NCBI GenBank assembly: GCA_051294905.1 | Contig: CM119372.1 | Span: 38,318,001-38,382,000 of the forward strand | Origin: Botryllus schlosseri | Lineage: Eukaryota | Length of the DNA stretch: 64,000 bases | Direction of reading: 5' to 3' | Shown: piece after piece, positions 24,901 through 36,790 of the stretch | Numbering within the stretch: position 1 is the first letter of the stretch | How the letters are laid out: each line of letters begins with the position of its first letter | The notes under the pieces: model-generated | Database searches by the model: none | Seen by the model: the letters and a program-made list of their open reading frames with translations, nothing else | What the model was told of the DNA's origin: nothing | Program-made: the position numbers and the translations under genes

Positions 24901-27900
24901 GAAATATTCCCATGGGTTCACGTGTATTCAGAATCTCGCTGAAAATCGTTCAGGGGTGCCCAGAAATCGTTTCCCTAGTGTTACCCCGATCTGATGTTGT
25001 TTTATACTCCCCCAACGCTCTAAAATGGAGGTTTTCGACCTTTTTCTTACCGTACACCATCTCAAGCGTCTATATTTATATGATTTAGTTGCGTACCAAC
25101 AACTTGGCGAGAAAATCAGTATTACTCCAAATGTATGTAGGATCGTTGACACGGCAGGACTATCAAATATGTCGGCTCCGAAATTTAGCAACAAGTGCGT
25201 CCCACGAGCTATTCCGCCCCTAATTAGTAGTAACACTAACAAAACCAACTTTAATGTGATGGTTGCAATTGTTTGTTCTCCACAAGCTGATCTAGGTGTG
25301 TTTCAACTGGGTCAAATGAAGCATAAAGTACTTATATATTCATTCGTTCTTACATTCGAAAACATTACGTAAACAATCTGTAAAAACTGTAATTTTACTT
25401 AAGAAGAAATGCATTTTCTGCGTACAGCATGAAATGCCTACGCGTACCACAGATAGAGAAAGCTGCTATTCGCTTTACAGGTCCATTTCTAAAATTTACT
25501 TGTAGAATCATGGGATGTCGGCATATTTATTTTAGACTACAGAATGGTGCGCCAATATGATATCTGACCCATGAGAACCGATATGCTAATTTGTGCTCCA
25601 GTGAAATTTAATTTGAATCCACTCTATTGATATCGAATGATTGTAATTTAAATGTTATACTCACCTTTCCGAAGTGAAATATGAGAATATTCATGATTGC
25701 GTTCATCGTCTGCAAGTAATGTGTACAATGTGAACATATATTTGTGGATATTCGTCAGCATCAACAATTAAACCATAGGTTCTTAACATTTACCAAATCG
25801 AGGAACTCTTACCCTAATCTTCAAGACTTCGGTGTTTTCGTAGAGTCATAAAACAAACATCTACCGCATTATATATCTAAATACACATTAGGGTGGTCCT
25901 TAAAAACGATTTTCTGAAAGTTGTTGGTCTGACCCTGCCAAAATGTTCCTTTTGGGCAAAAAACACCCTGTGTAAAATTTTGTTGATATTGATTGATGTT
26001 TAGAGGTGGCTTATAATGGATCCGCAATTCTACCCATATTAGATATAGAGCACATATAGTCACTGCATAGTTCAGTGGTTCTCAACCGGGGGTCCGCAAA
26101 GCAATTTCAGGGGGTCCGCGAGACCTCTAAATTTGCAAAATGAATAATAACCTAGTTTTCAATTTTTTTTAATTGGGGAAAGCATCAGGCAGTTTTCCTC
26201 CACAACTGGTAAAACCTCATTAGTCACATCATCAGAATAATCGTCTGACATGAAATATGCTACTATGAAAATTCATTTTAATTGCCAAATTGCCAATAAC
26301 CTACTGATACAAACATATTGCTGTAAGAGACGTTGTGTTGGGGTTTGTGGGGAAAAAATAAAAATATGGAGATAGTAAGATCAATCAGGTTGACTTCGTA
26401 ATCTTTGAGAAACCTTTTCGATTTAAAGTTGTCAGTGTCATCAAATTATAGTGGACAGTCGTTTAAAATGAAAACTCCTTAAGTATTTTACATAATTGTT
26501 CGCAACAAAGGAATTTAAACCTCGTCACGAAATCCATTTTATCCTGTAATATACATAACCAATATTCCAGAATACCGTCAAGATGAGATGCTGGATAAAA
26601 ATGACTAGGCTGAACGTGATATTTTCATTACCAATATATTTTTTTCATTATGGTGCCATGAATGTTGCGAACACACCAAAAGTGCCGTCGGGAACGTTAT
26701 AGTCGTTAATATTACATTAGCCTCCATCTATCTTTGTGTAAATGGATTTTCGGCCCTCGTTCATATCAAATCGAAGACGCGGACTTTCAAGACCAAGTAT
26801 ACTGAAATACCGCTGCAAAATTAGCTTGGAAATAATAAAAGGATACCCAATTTCTACATAAATAGTATGATATTATTTTCAAGAAATTTCATTTTGTTGC
26901 TGTTTATCACAAGCTTACAGTTCATATTTTAACATGACTGATGGCGGTCGCATCATAATTGAGCCAAATTAGAACTAAAACTTGAGGGGGTCAGCGAGGG
27001 TCCGTCACGGTCAAAAAGGGGTCCGCGAAGCCAAAAGGTTGAGAACAACTGACATAGTTGCTATTGGGTCAACGCTTGAAAGCCTGGATTACCTCGTCTG
27101 GGTAATAGCTGATCATTGAAAGTGGTGCCATGATGACCAATATTAATTGATTTTGCCAATCAAGTTCTGCTTGAGGGTTTTGGGCACATTTTTGCGGAGG
27201 TCGGCAACAACCCGACATGCAAACTGCACTTGCTTCTCATTTTTTGTGAGATGGGCATAAACATCCTCAATCATTGCGTGGGACGTTCTGTGTGGTCGTT
27301 AGAGACAAACAATGTGAGTGTGAAGCTATTGGCTGCAATAAAACTAGACTGCCCATTCTATTGAGCTGCCGGATATTCAGGAAAACAATCGGAAAGACGC
27401 AAGTCTTCTTAAAATAAGTGTTGCATTCGTTGTCGATTTAAATCTTCTTCTTGAATGTGTTTGGAGTTAATAATAACACACTCCAATAGTTATTCTTCCA
27501 CTTCCGTCTCTTTTATAGCAACAACTATCATATCGTTGGTGACCTTGTCCAGATCGTCATCAAACAAGGACGCGCCAATCAACCCCGCAGACGTACTCCA
27601 CAGTTGCCCTACCATCTTTCTCACTGTAGCTTTAGATATGTCTACAATATTTGCTTGATACTTCTGCAGCTGCTTCCGAAGCTTAAAACCTTCACATTTA
27701 TGTTGGCTGTTGCCCATGCTACAACGTGGGTGCGAAATAGAGTATGCACAGTTCCTGCAACCCTCGATGCTAGCTTGATAACTATTTAAACTGTGAACGA
27801 AACATCCAGACCTTTGAAACTTTAGATCACTTTCGCCATCCATAGATCTTGGTGCATGGCTTCGGGAGTTTCAAAGAAGATGCCTCGACAAGGGACAACG

Positions 27901-30576
27901 CCATGGAGAATAAAGGCCAGCTCCAGCAGTTCTCTGTAATGGTCACTCATCTGAGTGACTTTCACAGTTGTCTCCAATACCTTCGCCATCTCATTTATCA
28001 TGTCAGCCACAGCATCGGACGTATAATGATCAGTTGACGTGTCCTCAAATGTAGTGTGGTCAATACGACGTCATCTTCTTTGAAGCACTTGAACAAGAGA
28101 ACATCTGGAGCAGATGAATTGACCAGGGCTTCCGAAAAGACTGATGCACGCCAAGCATCTTGTCTAAAAGAATGCCGTTTTTAGTGCCCATTGGTATCGA
28201 AGCATATGCCGAGGATCTTTCTCTTTAACTCCCCGTATTTCCGAATAGAAAATATAGCCTCAGCTTGTGCTTTTCATCACAAGCTGAGGCTATCTTTTCT
28301 ATTCTGAAATACGGGGAGTTAAAGAGAAAGATCCTCGGGATATGCTTCGATACCAATGGGCACTAAAAACGGACCTAGATGGTAACTTTGAGACTTAGTA
28401 GTAGCTGTGATTGACCAGTATTTGTCACTAGCATAGCCAGCAGTCAACAGTATCCATTCCAGTGACATCTGGGATTAGTTTGCCATCCCCGTGCACAATG
28501 AATGGAAACTGTGGGTCTAACTAATATTTAATTTGTTCGGAGATGATTCTACTATTAACTAATAAATGAACTATTAAAGCGTGTAATTATTAACTTGAAA
28601 AACATTCGGTAGAAGACTTCATTCAACTTTACGACGAATAAATCACCAATTATTTTAGAGAATTCGCGCCTTTCAGATGTTTTTCTTGAATATCCGGATG
28701 CTTAGAAGTAGGAGGAACCTAGTTTAATTGCCGCAAAATCTTTTATCCGCACATTGGCTGTCACCAGCTACCAGGCTTAACGTTCCATTGCCTTATGTGA
28801 GGAGTTTTCTGGCCGTATCACAAAGAACAAGGAGCAACTGCATTTTCATTTAGCGTCTTTGCTTACCAACGCGAAAAAGCTCCCTAACACCCTAAAGCTG
28901 ACCTCACTTGGTGACGGCAATTGCTATTGGCCATGATTACACCCTAGCCACTGAGCAGCTAATACCCACGCGACGGAATCCAGGCTTAATCGTTGGTCCG
29001 AAAGCAGCTATAGAAGTGACTATATGTGCTTTATACTGCAAATATGTAGAATTTTGGATCCATTGAGCCACCTCTAAATATTAATGCAACATTTTGGCAG
29101 GGTCACACCAACAACTTTCCAAACTTCGTTTTCTATGGCCTACCCTAATACACATCTTATACAATGTTACATAGATCACTGCTGCATGAAATTACCTATG
29201 CAGCAACACCATTAAAATTACATTTTCACACAAAACGAAAACATTACAATAAATTTGTATATTACAAATCTATATGACTTCTGCTGTTCCTCTTCAGAGA
29301 CCAGTTCAGAAATGCGAGGCTTCACTTTCGAAAGTGTCCTTGTGTTGTTCGATCGAAATGCAGCAGCGTGATACGAATTATTTCAATACATATGTGCTTA
29401 TAAAAAGTGGGGATAGAATTGTCATTTCAGACGGACTGCATATCGGTTTTAAGCCCCAACTTCACGTACGTACGTCACAGCAGATGAAGTAACGCCACAA
29501 CAGTCATAATTCGACTACTGATCGGGCCTAGTTACCTCATACCCATAATTGTCAAGACGGGGTATCATCACAAACCATATGTATGAGTTTATTGTGTGTC
29601 TTAAACTTCGTGGAACCCCTCAAACTGGCTCGCAGAACCCCTAATCTTCCGTGGAACACCATTTAAGAACCCCTGAACTAAAAATTTGCTACAAGTAGGG
29701 TTGCATATAACACAAAATCAATTTAAAACAAACATGTTTAAATGAGGACCCTTGTTTAAAACATGTATTAATTTAAGCCACAACGTCACGAATATTCAAT
29801 TGTGACATCATTGTGGATTGACATTGATAATTGAAAATATAGAGCAGGGGTGTCAAACATACGGCCCGCAGGCCGCATCCACCCTTACCGACCCCCCCCC
29901 CCAGACTGTTTCATCCGACCCGCGACGCGATTCTGAAAATGGCTCTATTATCTGGTACATTTTTACCAAATGCTGAGATTAATGATCCCTCAAGACAGAA
30001 AATGTCGACGATATTCATAAGCGACATTATAGCAATCCGACAGTGTTGTTGAAGTTACGCTGTTGTCACCATCAGCAACATTGACACCCAACGGCGAGGA
30101 GGCAAAAAAGTGCACAGCCAGTTCCCAGTTTTATGGAAAAACGGAACACAAAGTAGACTGTAGTTATGAGCAGAAGTGAAAACGTCAGTTAGAAACCGGT
30201 TTATCCATGCTACATAGAAATATAATTATGACACAAAAATATACTGTAAATATCTGTGGCTGCACGCCGTCTGCGCTTATGTCTTAACAGCTCCTCGCTC
30301 TCCAGAGAAACCAGAATCGCGATATAAACTTCATTTCAACGTATGCGTTAAACGGTTAAATCGCTTGTACACCTCACAATGCACACATGGTACTATATAG
30401 TCAGATTACAACTAAAACAAAGCAATCATAGCAATATGCCAACCTATATCGTCAGTGAAGCCGCTGTTTAGCAGGTTTCAACCGACCAATCATGTTAATT
30501 TTGTCAATTCCATTGTTCGCGAATAAAGGTGTTAATAGAAGACAACCCTATGGTCCGTGATATACCGTAATTATTT

Positions 30577-30617
<41 letters not shown>

Positions 30618-31554
30618 CTTGATATAATTAAGTATTCAAGCGAAAAACAAGGCATGGACTTTGAGGTAACATCTTGAAATCATTTGACTCAGTGCTTCCC
30701 AACCTTTTTCGACTCATCGCCCCCTTTTCAAGCTCCACACCGATCATCGCCCCCCTAATTTTGTGAACCGAAAAACTGTAATCACCGGCGGGTTGACTAA
30801 AAAGAAAAAAAAGGTCAACTTTTCGGTTCGAAGCCGAATTTTACACTTTTGCAAATAAATTTTCGTGGGTAGACAAAAAAAAAAGGTCATTTCTCCGATT
30901 TGACTCCAATATAGCCGTTTTACCGCGTCATCGCCCCCTTCGCTATTTTCGCCCCCTGTCGCCCCCTTTGTCCATTTTCGCCCCCCTATCGCCCCCTTCG
31001 GCATTTTCGCCCCCCTAGACCGCCAAATCGCCCCCTGGGGGGCGATATCGCCCACGTTGGTAACCACTGATTTGACTGGTCCGGCCCGCGAGTGCTCGTA
31101 AGGTTCGAATACAGCCCGCGACGCAAGTTGAGTTTGACTCCCCGAATATAGAGTAAATATTGCTCCTTTAACGACATATCTGTACCAAAACTGTAAAACC
31201 GACAATTTCGCGGGTTCCAACCTTCCCATATCGATATACATCGGCTATATTGGGTAGCAATTGTCCGTAGGCTCACACAACATGTTTTTTGGAAAGTATG
31301 TACACAATTACGGCATAATTTTACAACTTATAAAAATACAATTTTATTCGAAGGATTTTGTGTTAAAACACTGTTTAAAACATGGTTTAATCAAATAGTT
31401 TTAAACAACTATTTGTTGTAAAGGCAACCCTAGCTACAAGCATTTACCTCTCGATGCAGCCATCGTGAATTCGTCAAGTAGTCCGTTTCGCTATTTTGAC
31501 CAGCCTCCAGACATTTGCGCTCCTTACTTTTATTCAACAAGGGCCTTTGAGTCT
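21970..31554 (-). CDS. Spliced Ulp1/SENP (peptidase C48)-like domain gene with catalytic Cys->Ser. Exons: 31448-31554, 25665-25709, 23122-23205, 22999-23064, 22848-22936, 22597-22744, 22411-22514, 22137-22174, 21970-22019
   Basis: All junctions are GT-AG and phase-compatible. Product ...SRWLHRETMNAIMNILIFHFGKDSDVYVPF...NHWIFLEIDFTRAKISVYDPTG...EQQHSVVNSGALVLKFAEY parallels the SENP motifs WLNDE, HW, YDS and QQ..DCG. The 57-bp intron 23065-23121 is in frame and stop-free, so it could be retained. The 3' end is less certain. Confidence 0.8.
23226..23640. mobile_element. hAT-like MITE fragment (TAGGGTTACCATA end) with gtcctcttttt subrepeats
   Basis: Starts tagggttaccatacgtcctc; right end degenerate. 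Confidence 0.5.
23683..24420. mobile_element. hAT MITE inserted into a SINE copy
   Basis: TIRs catgaccgtaac / gttacggccctg; exact 8-bp TSD gtcgtaac at 23675-23682 and 24421-24428. Confidence 0.9.
24421..24520 (+). mobile_element. Fragment of a tRNA-derived SINE
   Basis: acaccaatgggttg...tctgaccgacatcgactgcagagttcctac resembles the reverse complement of 62100-62195. Confidence 0.55.
25889..29147 (-). mobile_element. Decayed hATm-type DNA transposon
   Basis: Long TIRs starting tagggtggtcc; exact 8-bp TSD atacacat; minus-strand transposase remnants (DHYRELLELAFILHG...AMHQDLWMAKVI). Confidence 0.85.
26073..27051. mobile_element. hAT MITE nested in the hATm element
   Basis: TIRs cagtggttctcaacc / ggttgagaacaactg; TSD gcatagtt/acatagtt; the empty site is seen in the paralog at ~41865. 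Confidence 0.9.
29845..31145. mobile_element. hAT (Charlie-like) MITE
   Basis: caggggtgtcaaac / gtttgactccccga; TSD atatagag; contains (AT)n at ~30578-30615. Confidence 0.85.
30690..31069. mobile_element. hAT MITE with cgcccc subrepeats
   Basis: cagtgcttcccaac / gttggtaaccactg; exact TSD atttgact. Confidence 0.9.
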
Positions 31555-31650
31555 CTACAAATCAAGTTGTTGAAATATTGTGTTTTAGAGAACGCGTGCG
31601 AAAGAAAAACAAAACAGCTTCTTGGAGGTACTGAACTTCAATATACAATT

Positions 31651-32197
31651 GAATAGTATATTCATATTGAAATGAACCCGAATATTTTCGGCTGACACTC
31701 GTCAGGGGTAATCGTCTCCAACTAGTTGAGAATTCGAAAGAACAGCGTATATCAACAATCGTAGCACAATATATGAACTCACCAGCACGAACTGTCGAAT
31801 ACGAAAGCGTTCAATGTACTATTTTTAGATGATACACGAACTCTTTTTGTTGATACAGCCTTGGCTGGTGTATTTTGATAAAAGTCGACTCCAAGGCACA
31901 CAAATGAAAGTGTGAGCGACCCTTTCCGAGTATGCGAAATCTGTCGTCTCGATAATTTTTCGCACAGGCGGGATTATCAAACAAGTGTTTGCCAATTGCA
32001 GAATTTATGGCCTTCGATTGTTCAGCATCAATCTTGAGCGGATGAGTTAAGGGTGAGCTTTTTACCGAGCGTGTTCTAATGAATCTAGGGACATGCTGAT
32101 TTATGCGTTTCTGCAAGCGCTTTGACGTTCTTCCCACGTAGCCACAATCACAGCGACACTTGAATTCGTAAACTACATTGCTTTGCAAACAAAACAA
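31651..32197 (-). mobile_element. 5'-truncated Penelope-like retroelement (GIY-YIG endonuclease and pLTR)
   Basis: ORF 31811-32197 SNVVYEFKC.C...YVGRT.KRL..RI..H...SAIGKHL...LES.FI...P is a PLE-type GIY-YIG domain. Confidence 0.9.
31676..31709 (-). ncRNA. Minimal type-I hammerhead ribozyme in the Penelope pLTR
   Basis: Minus strand reads ACCC-CUGACGA-GUGUCAGCC-GAAA-AUAU-UC-GGGU: core boxes, stem I and palindromic stem III. Confidence 0.75.
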
Positions 32198-33519
32198 TCC
32201 GCGACGTCATCCGGAAAACGGCAAAACTTAAAAGGGGCTCCGCGCTTTGCATATGCTGCCTATCACATCATAATCTAGCCGCCCATGGCGTGTCCTAGTC
32301 TGGAAAAGTGGACTTTGACTTTTTCTCAGCTTTACACCTGTTTTAGCAGGCCACTATTGAAGCTTTCTGGACAAAAGACATGGAATATATTTGTAGCTTT
32401 TTAGAAGTAGTATTTATATTTCTCTTTCAATCCCCAGTATTATACCTCGCGTTTTTATTAGTTTCAGTTCTCTTGTCTGGATAACATGCATGTTGATTTG
32501 TTGAAGTATAAAAGCAAGTGTGGATGGGTGGGTATAGGGTATTATGGCGCTCAGCAACTAGGGCTTTGTGCGCCATGCCTGAGTGGGGGGTTGATAGGGG
32601 GATCACATAATCAATTAATGGGTGTACCAAGTGTAGTAATGCCTCTATTTTCCGAAAATAAAGCTACGCTATATGGCATTTATACGATCTGCCATATTTT
32701 TTATCAACGTTTACTAATCGCGCAATGTTAACACCGATCCGACACCACTTCTCCATGTTGATCTTCGACCAAACTACGGGCCTTATAATATGAGGGCGGG
32801 CGCATTAACATGATATTTTCTAATTCGATGTGTTCGAGTAAACATATGATTAGTATCGCATTTCCATATCAATGCTACCATTTTCATCCCACGATGCGCA
32901 CGAATGCTTATGCTGTCGAAAATTTATAGATCCTGGGATTCATCAATATGAATCAAGCTCTGCACCTTTCGCATAGCTCAATTTGCAGCTTTTGACAATC
33001 TATGCGAACGAATTACGATCGTTTTCACATCTACTTACTTACTTGAGTAGATTTAAAGTCAGTCAATTCTACTTCTACTTCAAGTAGTTTCAAGCTGCTT
33101 TTAAAAGAACTACTTTTACTCATACTTGAATAGATTTTTGCGTCACCACTTCTACTTCTATTTGAGTAGCTTTCTTGACTACTTTGACCACCTCTGGTGG
33201 GGTCTCATATTAAAGATAAATCGGGAAAAAATTTTGACCGCAGCCATTTTCATCAGAAAATTACCGTAATGGAATTGCAGCTGAAAGATTATCAAAATTT
33301 TCCACATTGTACTCTAGCTGAATAAATTTATATGGTGCCGTGGCCGCGCTTCTTAACCCATTGCAAATTTTCTGGTACGACCTCTGCATTGTTGCACTTG
33401 GTCGACCCAGTTTCTCGACGCGACTTCTATCTTCTAGTCCTATTTCTTTAGGTATTATTCGATGAATATCCCATTAAATAATGATAATTCATTCTTCATT
33501 GGCAGGTACAAACTACTAT

Positions 33520-33952
33520 GCTATGTTTCAGACGTTCTACAGATAGCTTCTAATCTCATCCGCTCAAGCTTTAGGATGAGCGTTCAAGGCCAGAAATTCT
33601 GCAATTGGCAAACATATGTTAGATAATCAAGCTTGTGCCAAAAATTATCGAGACGACATATTTCGCGACATTGGGAATGGCCGGTCACACATTCATCTGT
33701 GTGCCTTGGAGTCGACCTTTATCAAAATACATCAATCCAAGCTTTGTCTACAGAAGGAGTTCGTGCACCATCTTAAAATAGTACATTGAACGCTCTCTTA
33801 TGTGAGATTACATTTCATGCTGGTGACATCATATTTCGTGATACGATTGTTGATATACAATGTTTTTCCGATTTTCTACTAGTTGATGACAATTACCCTC
33901 GACGAGTGTCAGCCGAAAATATTCGGATTCATTTCAATATGAATATACTATT
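33520..33952 (+). mobile_element. Degenerate Penelope-like GIY-YIG/pLTR fragment, inverted relative to 31651-32197
   Basis: tctgcaattggcaaaca...tgtgccttggagtcgacctttatcaaaatacatc; ends atgaatatactattc; hammerhead core altered (ctcgacga). Confidence 0.85.
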
Positions 33953-35313
33953 CCGCTTCCAATCTACCATAAATTTAGATAACTGAGTATTAAACAGAAA
34001 AAATAAAGATTAAGGTGGGGATTGCTGACATTACACGCCACGTACCTTTCGGTAATATTTACATAGCAAAACAAGAATAATCTGGATAATCTCAACACAT
34101 ATGCGTATCATGTCTCTTTCTATAGCTTATTATTAACAAAAACATCAATAAGCTTGCGAAAAGCTCACCCGAAAGGTCATTATGACTCGGGGCTAAGCGT
34201 TTAAAAGTAGCTGCTGAAAACTGGGCGTGCCAGCGACATCAATGATCACGACCATGGCGACTTACTGATGACATGTCAAAAAAAGTCAAAATTTTGTCAA
34301 AATTGTAGCGTTAGGTCAAAAAATGTCAAACTTTTTTATGAAGTAAATTTTTTTTTACAACCCGCATTTCGTTTGTATCGTAGATTTTGCAATGTTGGTG
34401 AACTTATCAATTGACTACCGTCGTTGACTCGACGCAGTACAACACAATTCAGTAAGTGTAATCAAGTAATCATAATGTCCAATCACGATACACATCAAAC
34501 TCCCACCTTAACATGGCCGTTTTAAACCGCGAACTTTAAAAACGTTACAAGCTGGCGACTTGGTATTCACCGCCGAGCACTGCTCTATGTTGAGCCAGAC
34601 ATACTGTTTGAATAATCCCATAAAATAAGGAAAGTTTAACGCTGATCCTTTGTTCGGGACTATGATTGGAAGGTAGATCGAAAGGAAGATGATCAAAACA
34701 GCCTGCGAATGTGTATTTTATGTACTATACCGCCATTTGGATGTATAGCATCGAAATTCCCTGACAATTTTTCAAATCTGAACCGACCTACTGTATATGC
34801 TGCCAATTCCAATGAAATTTCTTGCTGCTACGTAATAAGGTGGCGAATTGAGTGACACTTTATATATATAATCCACATAATACCCAAAGAAATCGTACTG
34901 GAAAACGGAGGTCTCGTCGGGCAAGCGCAACAGTGATAAAGCAGTGGCATAAATTTAACAAAATTTTAAGAACCGAAGACACGCATCCGCAACATCATAT
35001 AGATCTATTTATGCAGCTAGAGTGCAGTAGGTATATTTTTAATGATCGTGTTACTGTAGTTCCATCACGGTGACTTTCCGAAGAAAATGGGTGCGGCCAA
35101 ATATTTTCCCCAGATTTTATCTGTAATTTTGGAACACATAGTTAGTGCGCAGTGCCACTTCAGTGAAGTTATGATGAGCCTGCGATATCGCCAACCCATT
35201 TTCAACCTCTCAGTTAGCGCAACAGTTTGGCTCGTAATCACAAGACTTGTTCGCTACATGACGTCGATATCACAGTGAGCAATAACGTTTTATCACTGTT
35301 ATTTCATAATTAC

Positions 35314-36286
35314 CATTACTGGCGGTTTCCTTCGGAGTTGTCGTTGCCGGATAAGAAGCATTTTCTAGTGCTTCCATTTCAAGAAAGTCCGTGTCATCTG
35401 TTGGGAATATTATGACAATATCGTTAAATATTCTGTCTGACAAAAACAAGTTAGATTTTATTTACTTTTATGAACGCTTCCCGGAGCTGAAGTTATCGGC
35501 TGTCTCTGCGTTCCTTGCTGCTGCTGATGTTCTTGTTCATTTTCATGATCTGTTGAAAAATAAACCGATAAATCTATTTTTATGTTTTGATTGTTAGGGA
35601 GAGAAATATGGATGGAGGAGTATCTCACTTGAGGTATAGAGACGAATTTTCTAACAGGGAGGACCATTCCGACTATTGTTTATGTCAGTGATTCCCAACG
35701 TGGTCCATATCACCTACCAGCGGACGATTTTGAGAATCAGGGGGCGAAAATAACGAAGGGGGCGATTGAGAGATGAAAACGTACGGAGGGAGCGAAAACG
35801 TTAGAATGGGTATATTGAGCTAATAATCACGAAATGTACGTGAAAACGGGTTGTTATGGATATGCATCGAAAGTTTACTCAATAACGGGTCAACTCCCAC
35901 TGATTTTCCGCGAAGACGGATTTTTCCGGAGTCAACACAGCAAAATGACCCTTTTTCAGTCAATTCACCAGAGATCAGAATTAGGTGCATATTATTTCCG
36001 GCCGATAAGTTCTCTTTTTCGGTTCCGAAAATATGGAGGGTCAGAATTTTGTACAGCTTGATAAGGACGCCTTGAGTCGAAAAAAATTAGAAACCACTGG
36101 TTTATATCGTCATTAGGATGCAACTCTAAGTGTCATGTTTCAAACTAAACATCTTCAAGATGTTTGTGTAATATACTTTTGTATGAAATCCCTGTCTTAC
36201 AATACAATACCTGCTGCATGGACTTTATTGCGCGTCCGGCTACCGAAGCGTTCAGATGCCAAAGAGGAAGGAATGGGACGAGACAT
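35314..36286 (-). CDS. Putative 5' exons (36211-36286 with ATG, 35466-35549, 35314-35397), possibly of the Ulp1-like gene; low-complexity N-terminus
   Basis: GT-AG, phase-1-compatible exons: MSRPIPSSLASERF...DHENEQEHQQQQ...NDTDFLEMEALEN; the link to exon 31448-31554 is not resolved. Confidence 0.45.
35686..36099. mobile_element. hAT MITE related to 30690-31069 (opposite orientation)
   Basis: cagtgattcccaacg / gaaaccactg; TSD gtttatgt/gtttatat. Confidence 0.8.
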
Positions 36287-36609
36287 CGCACTAATGCAAA
36301 TGCCATATGGGGCAATATAGGGGCTGCTACATATTAAGATTGGGGATTTTCAAATATCATATTTTCGAACATTTCCTTCCAAAATTCACAAATATAGAAA
36401 CACTACTCCGCGTGTAGCGTATTTTGGTTTATTTTTTTGCTGCGTTTGAAGAGGATTTCATTGATAGCGCATTCACCCAAGTATTCTTGACTACAGTGTC
36501 GGTACCCAGTCAACAAAAGCGTATATATTCAATGCCGAACCAGGCGAAGACAGTGCAGGAGAGAAGTGAACGCAATTGTTTTGACACTACAGTGAGGCGG
36601 CACTTTTGA

Positions 36610-36790
36610 TGTACAAAAACCAATCGCTCTCGAATTCAAAAGATCGATTGTTCTCCTTTCCATCGGTCAGCCGGGCAGATTGGTGTCAGCGTTATTAACC
36701 AATCAAATTGCGCATGATTATCACGCGGCTTCACCGTGACGTCTCTTCTGACGTTTCTTCTAACTAGCTTTGCCAGGTTCGTGAGTAGTT
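36610..36790. promoter_or_regulatory. Candidate, possibly bidirectional, promoter
   Basis: CCAAT/ATTGG boxes at ~36620, ~36679 and ~36699; CRE-like TGACGT twice; plus-strand donor-like GTGAGT at 36781; just upstream of the minus-strand ATG exon. Confidence 0.35.

Larger units (their letters stand above)
25774..29675. mobile_element. Old hAT MITE (outer layer of a nested stack)
   Basis: Ends cataggttcttaa / ttaagaacccctg; degenerate 8-bp TSD aattaaac/aactaaaa. Confidence 0.55.
29696..31432. mobile_element. hAT MITE (TAGGGTTGC ends), outer layer of a second nested stack
   Basis: tagggttgc / gcaacccta; exact 8-bp TSD gctacaag. Confidence 0.9.

Noticed and set aside
24768..25372. Overlapping ~106-115-aa ORFs as extra exons
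   Set aside because: No phase-consistent splice path found, and the Ulp1 alignment is complete without them
29253..29380. Candidate minus-strand exon (...ISELVSEEEQQKSYRF)
   Set aside because: No acceptor before an in-frame stop, and it lies inside a MITE stack
30744..31276. Gly-rich ORFs (165 aa and 96 aa)
   Set aside because: They are read-through of GC-rich MITE subrepeats across nested element boundaries
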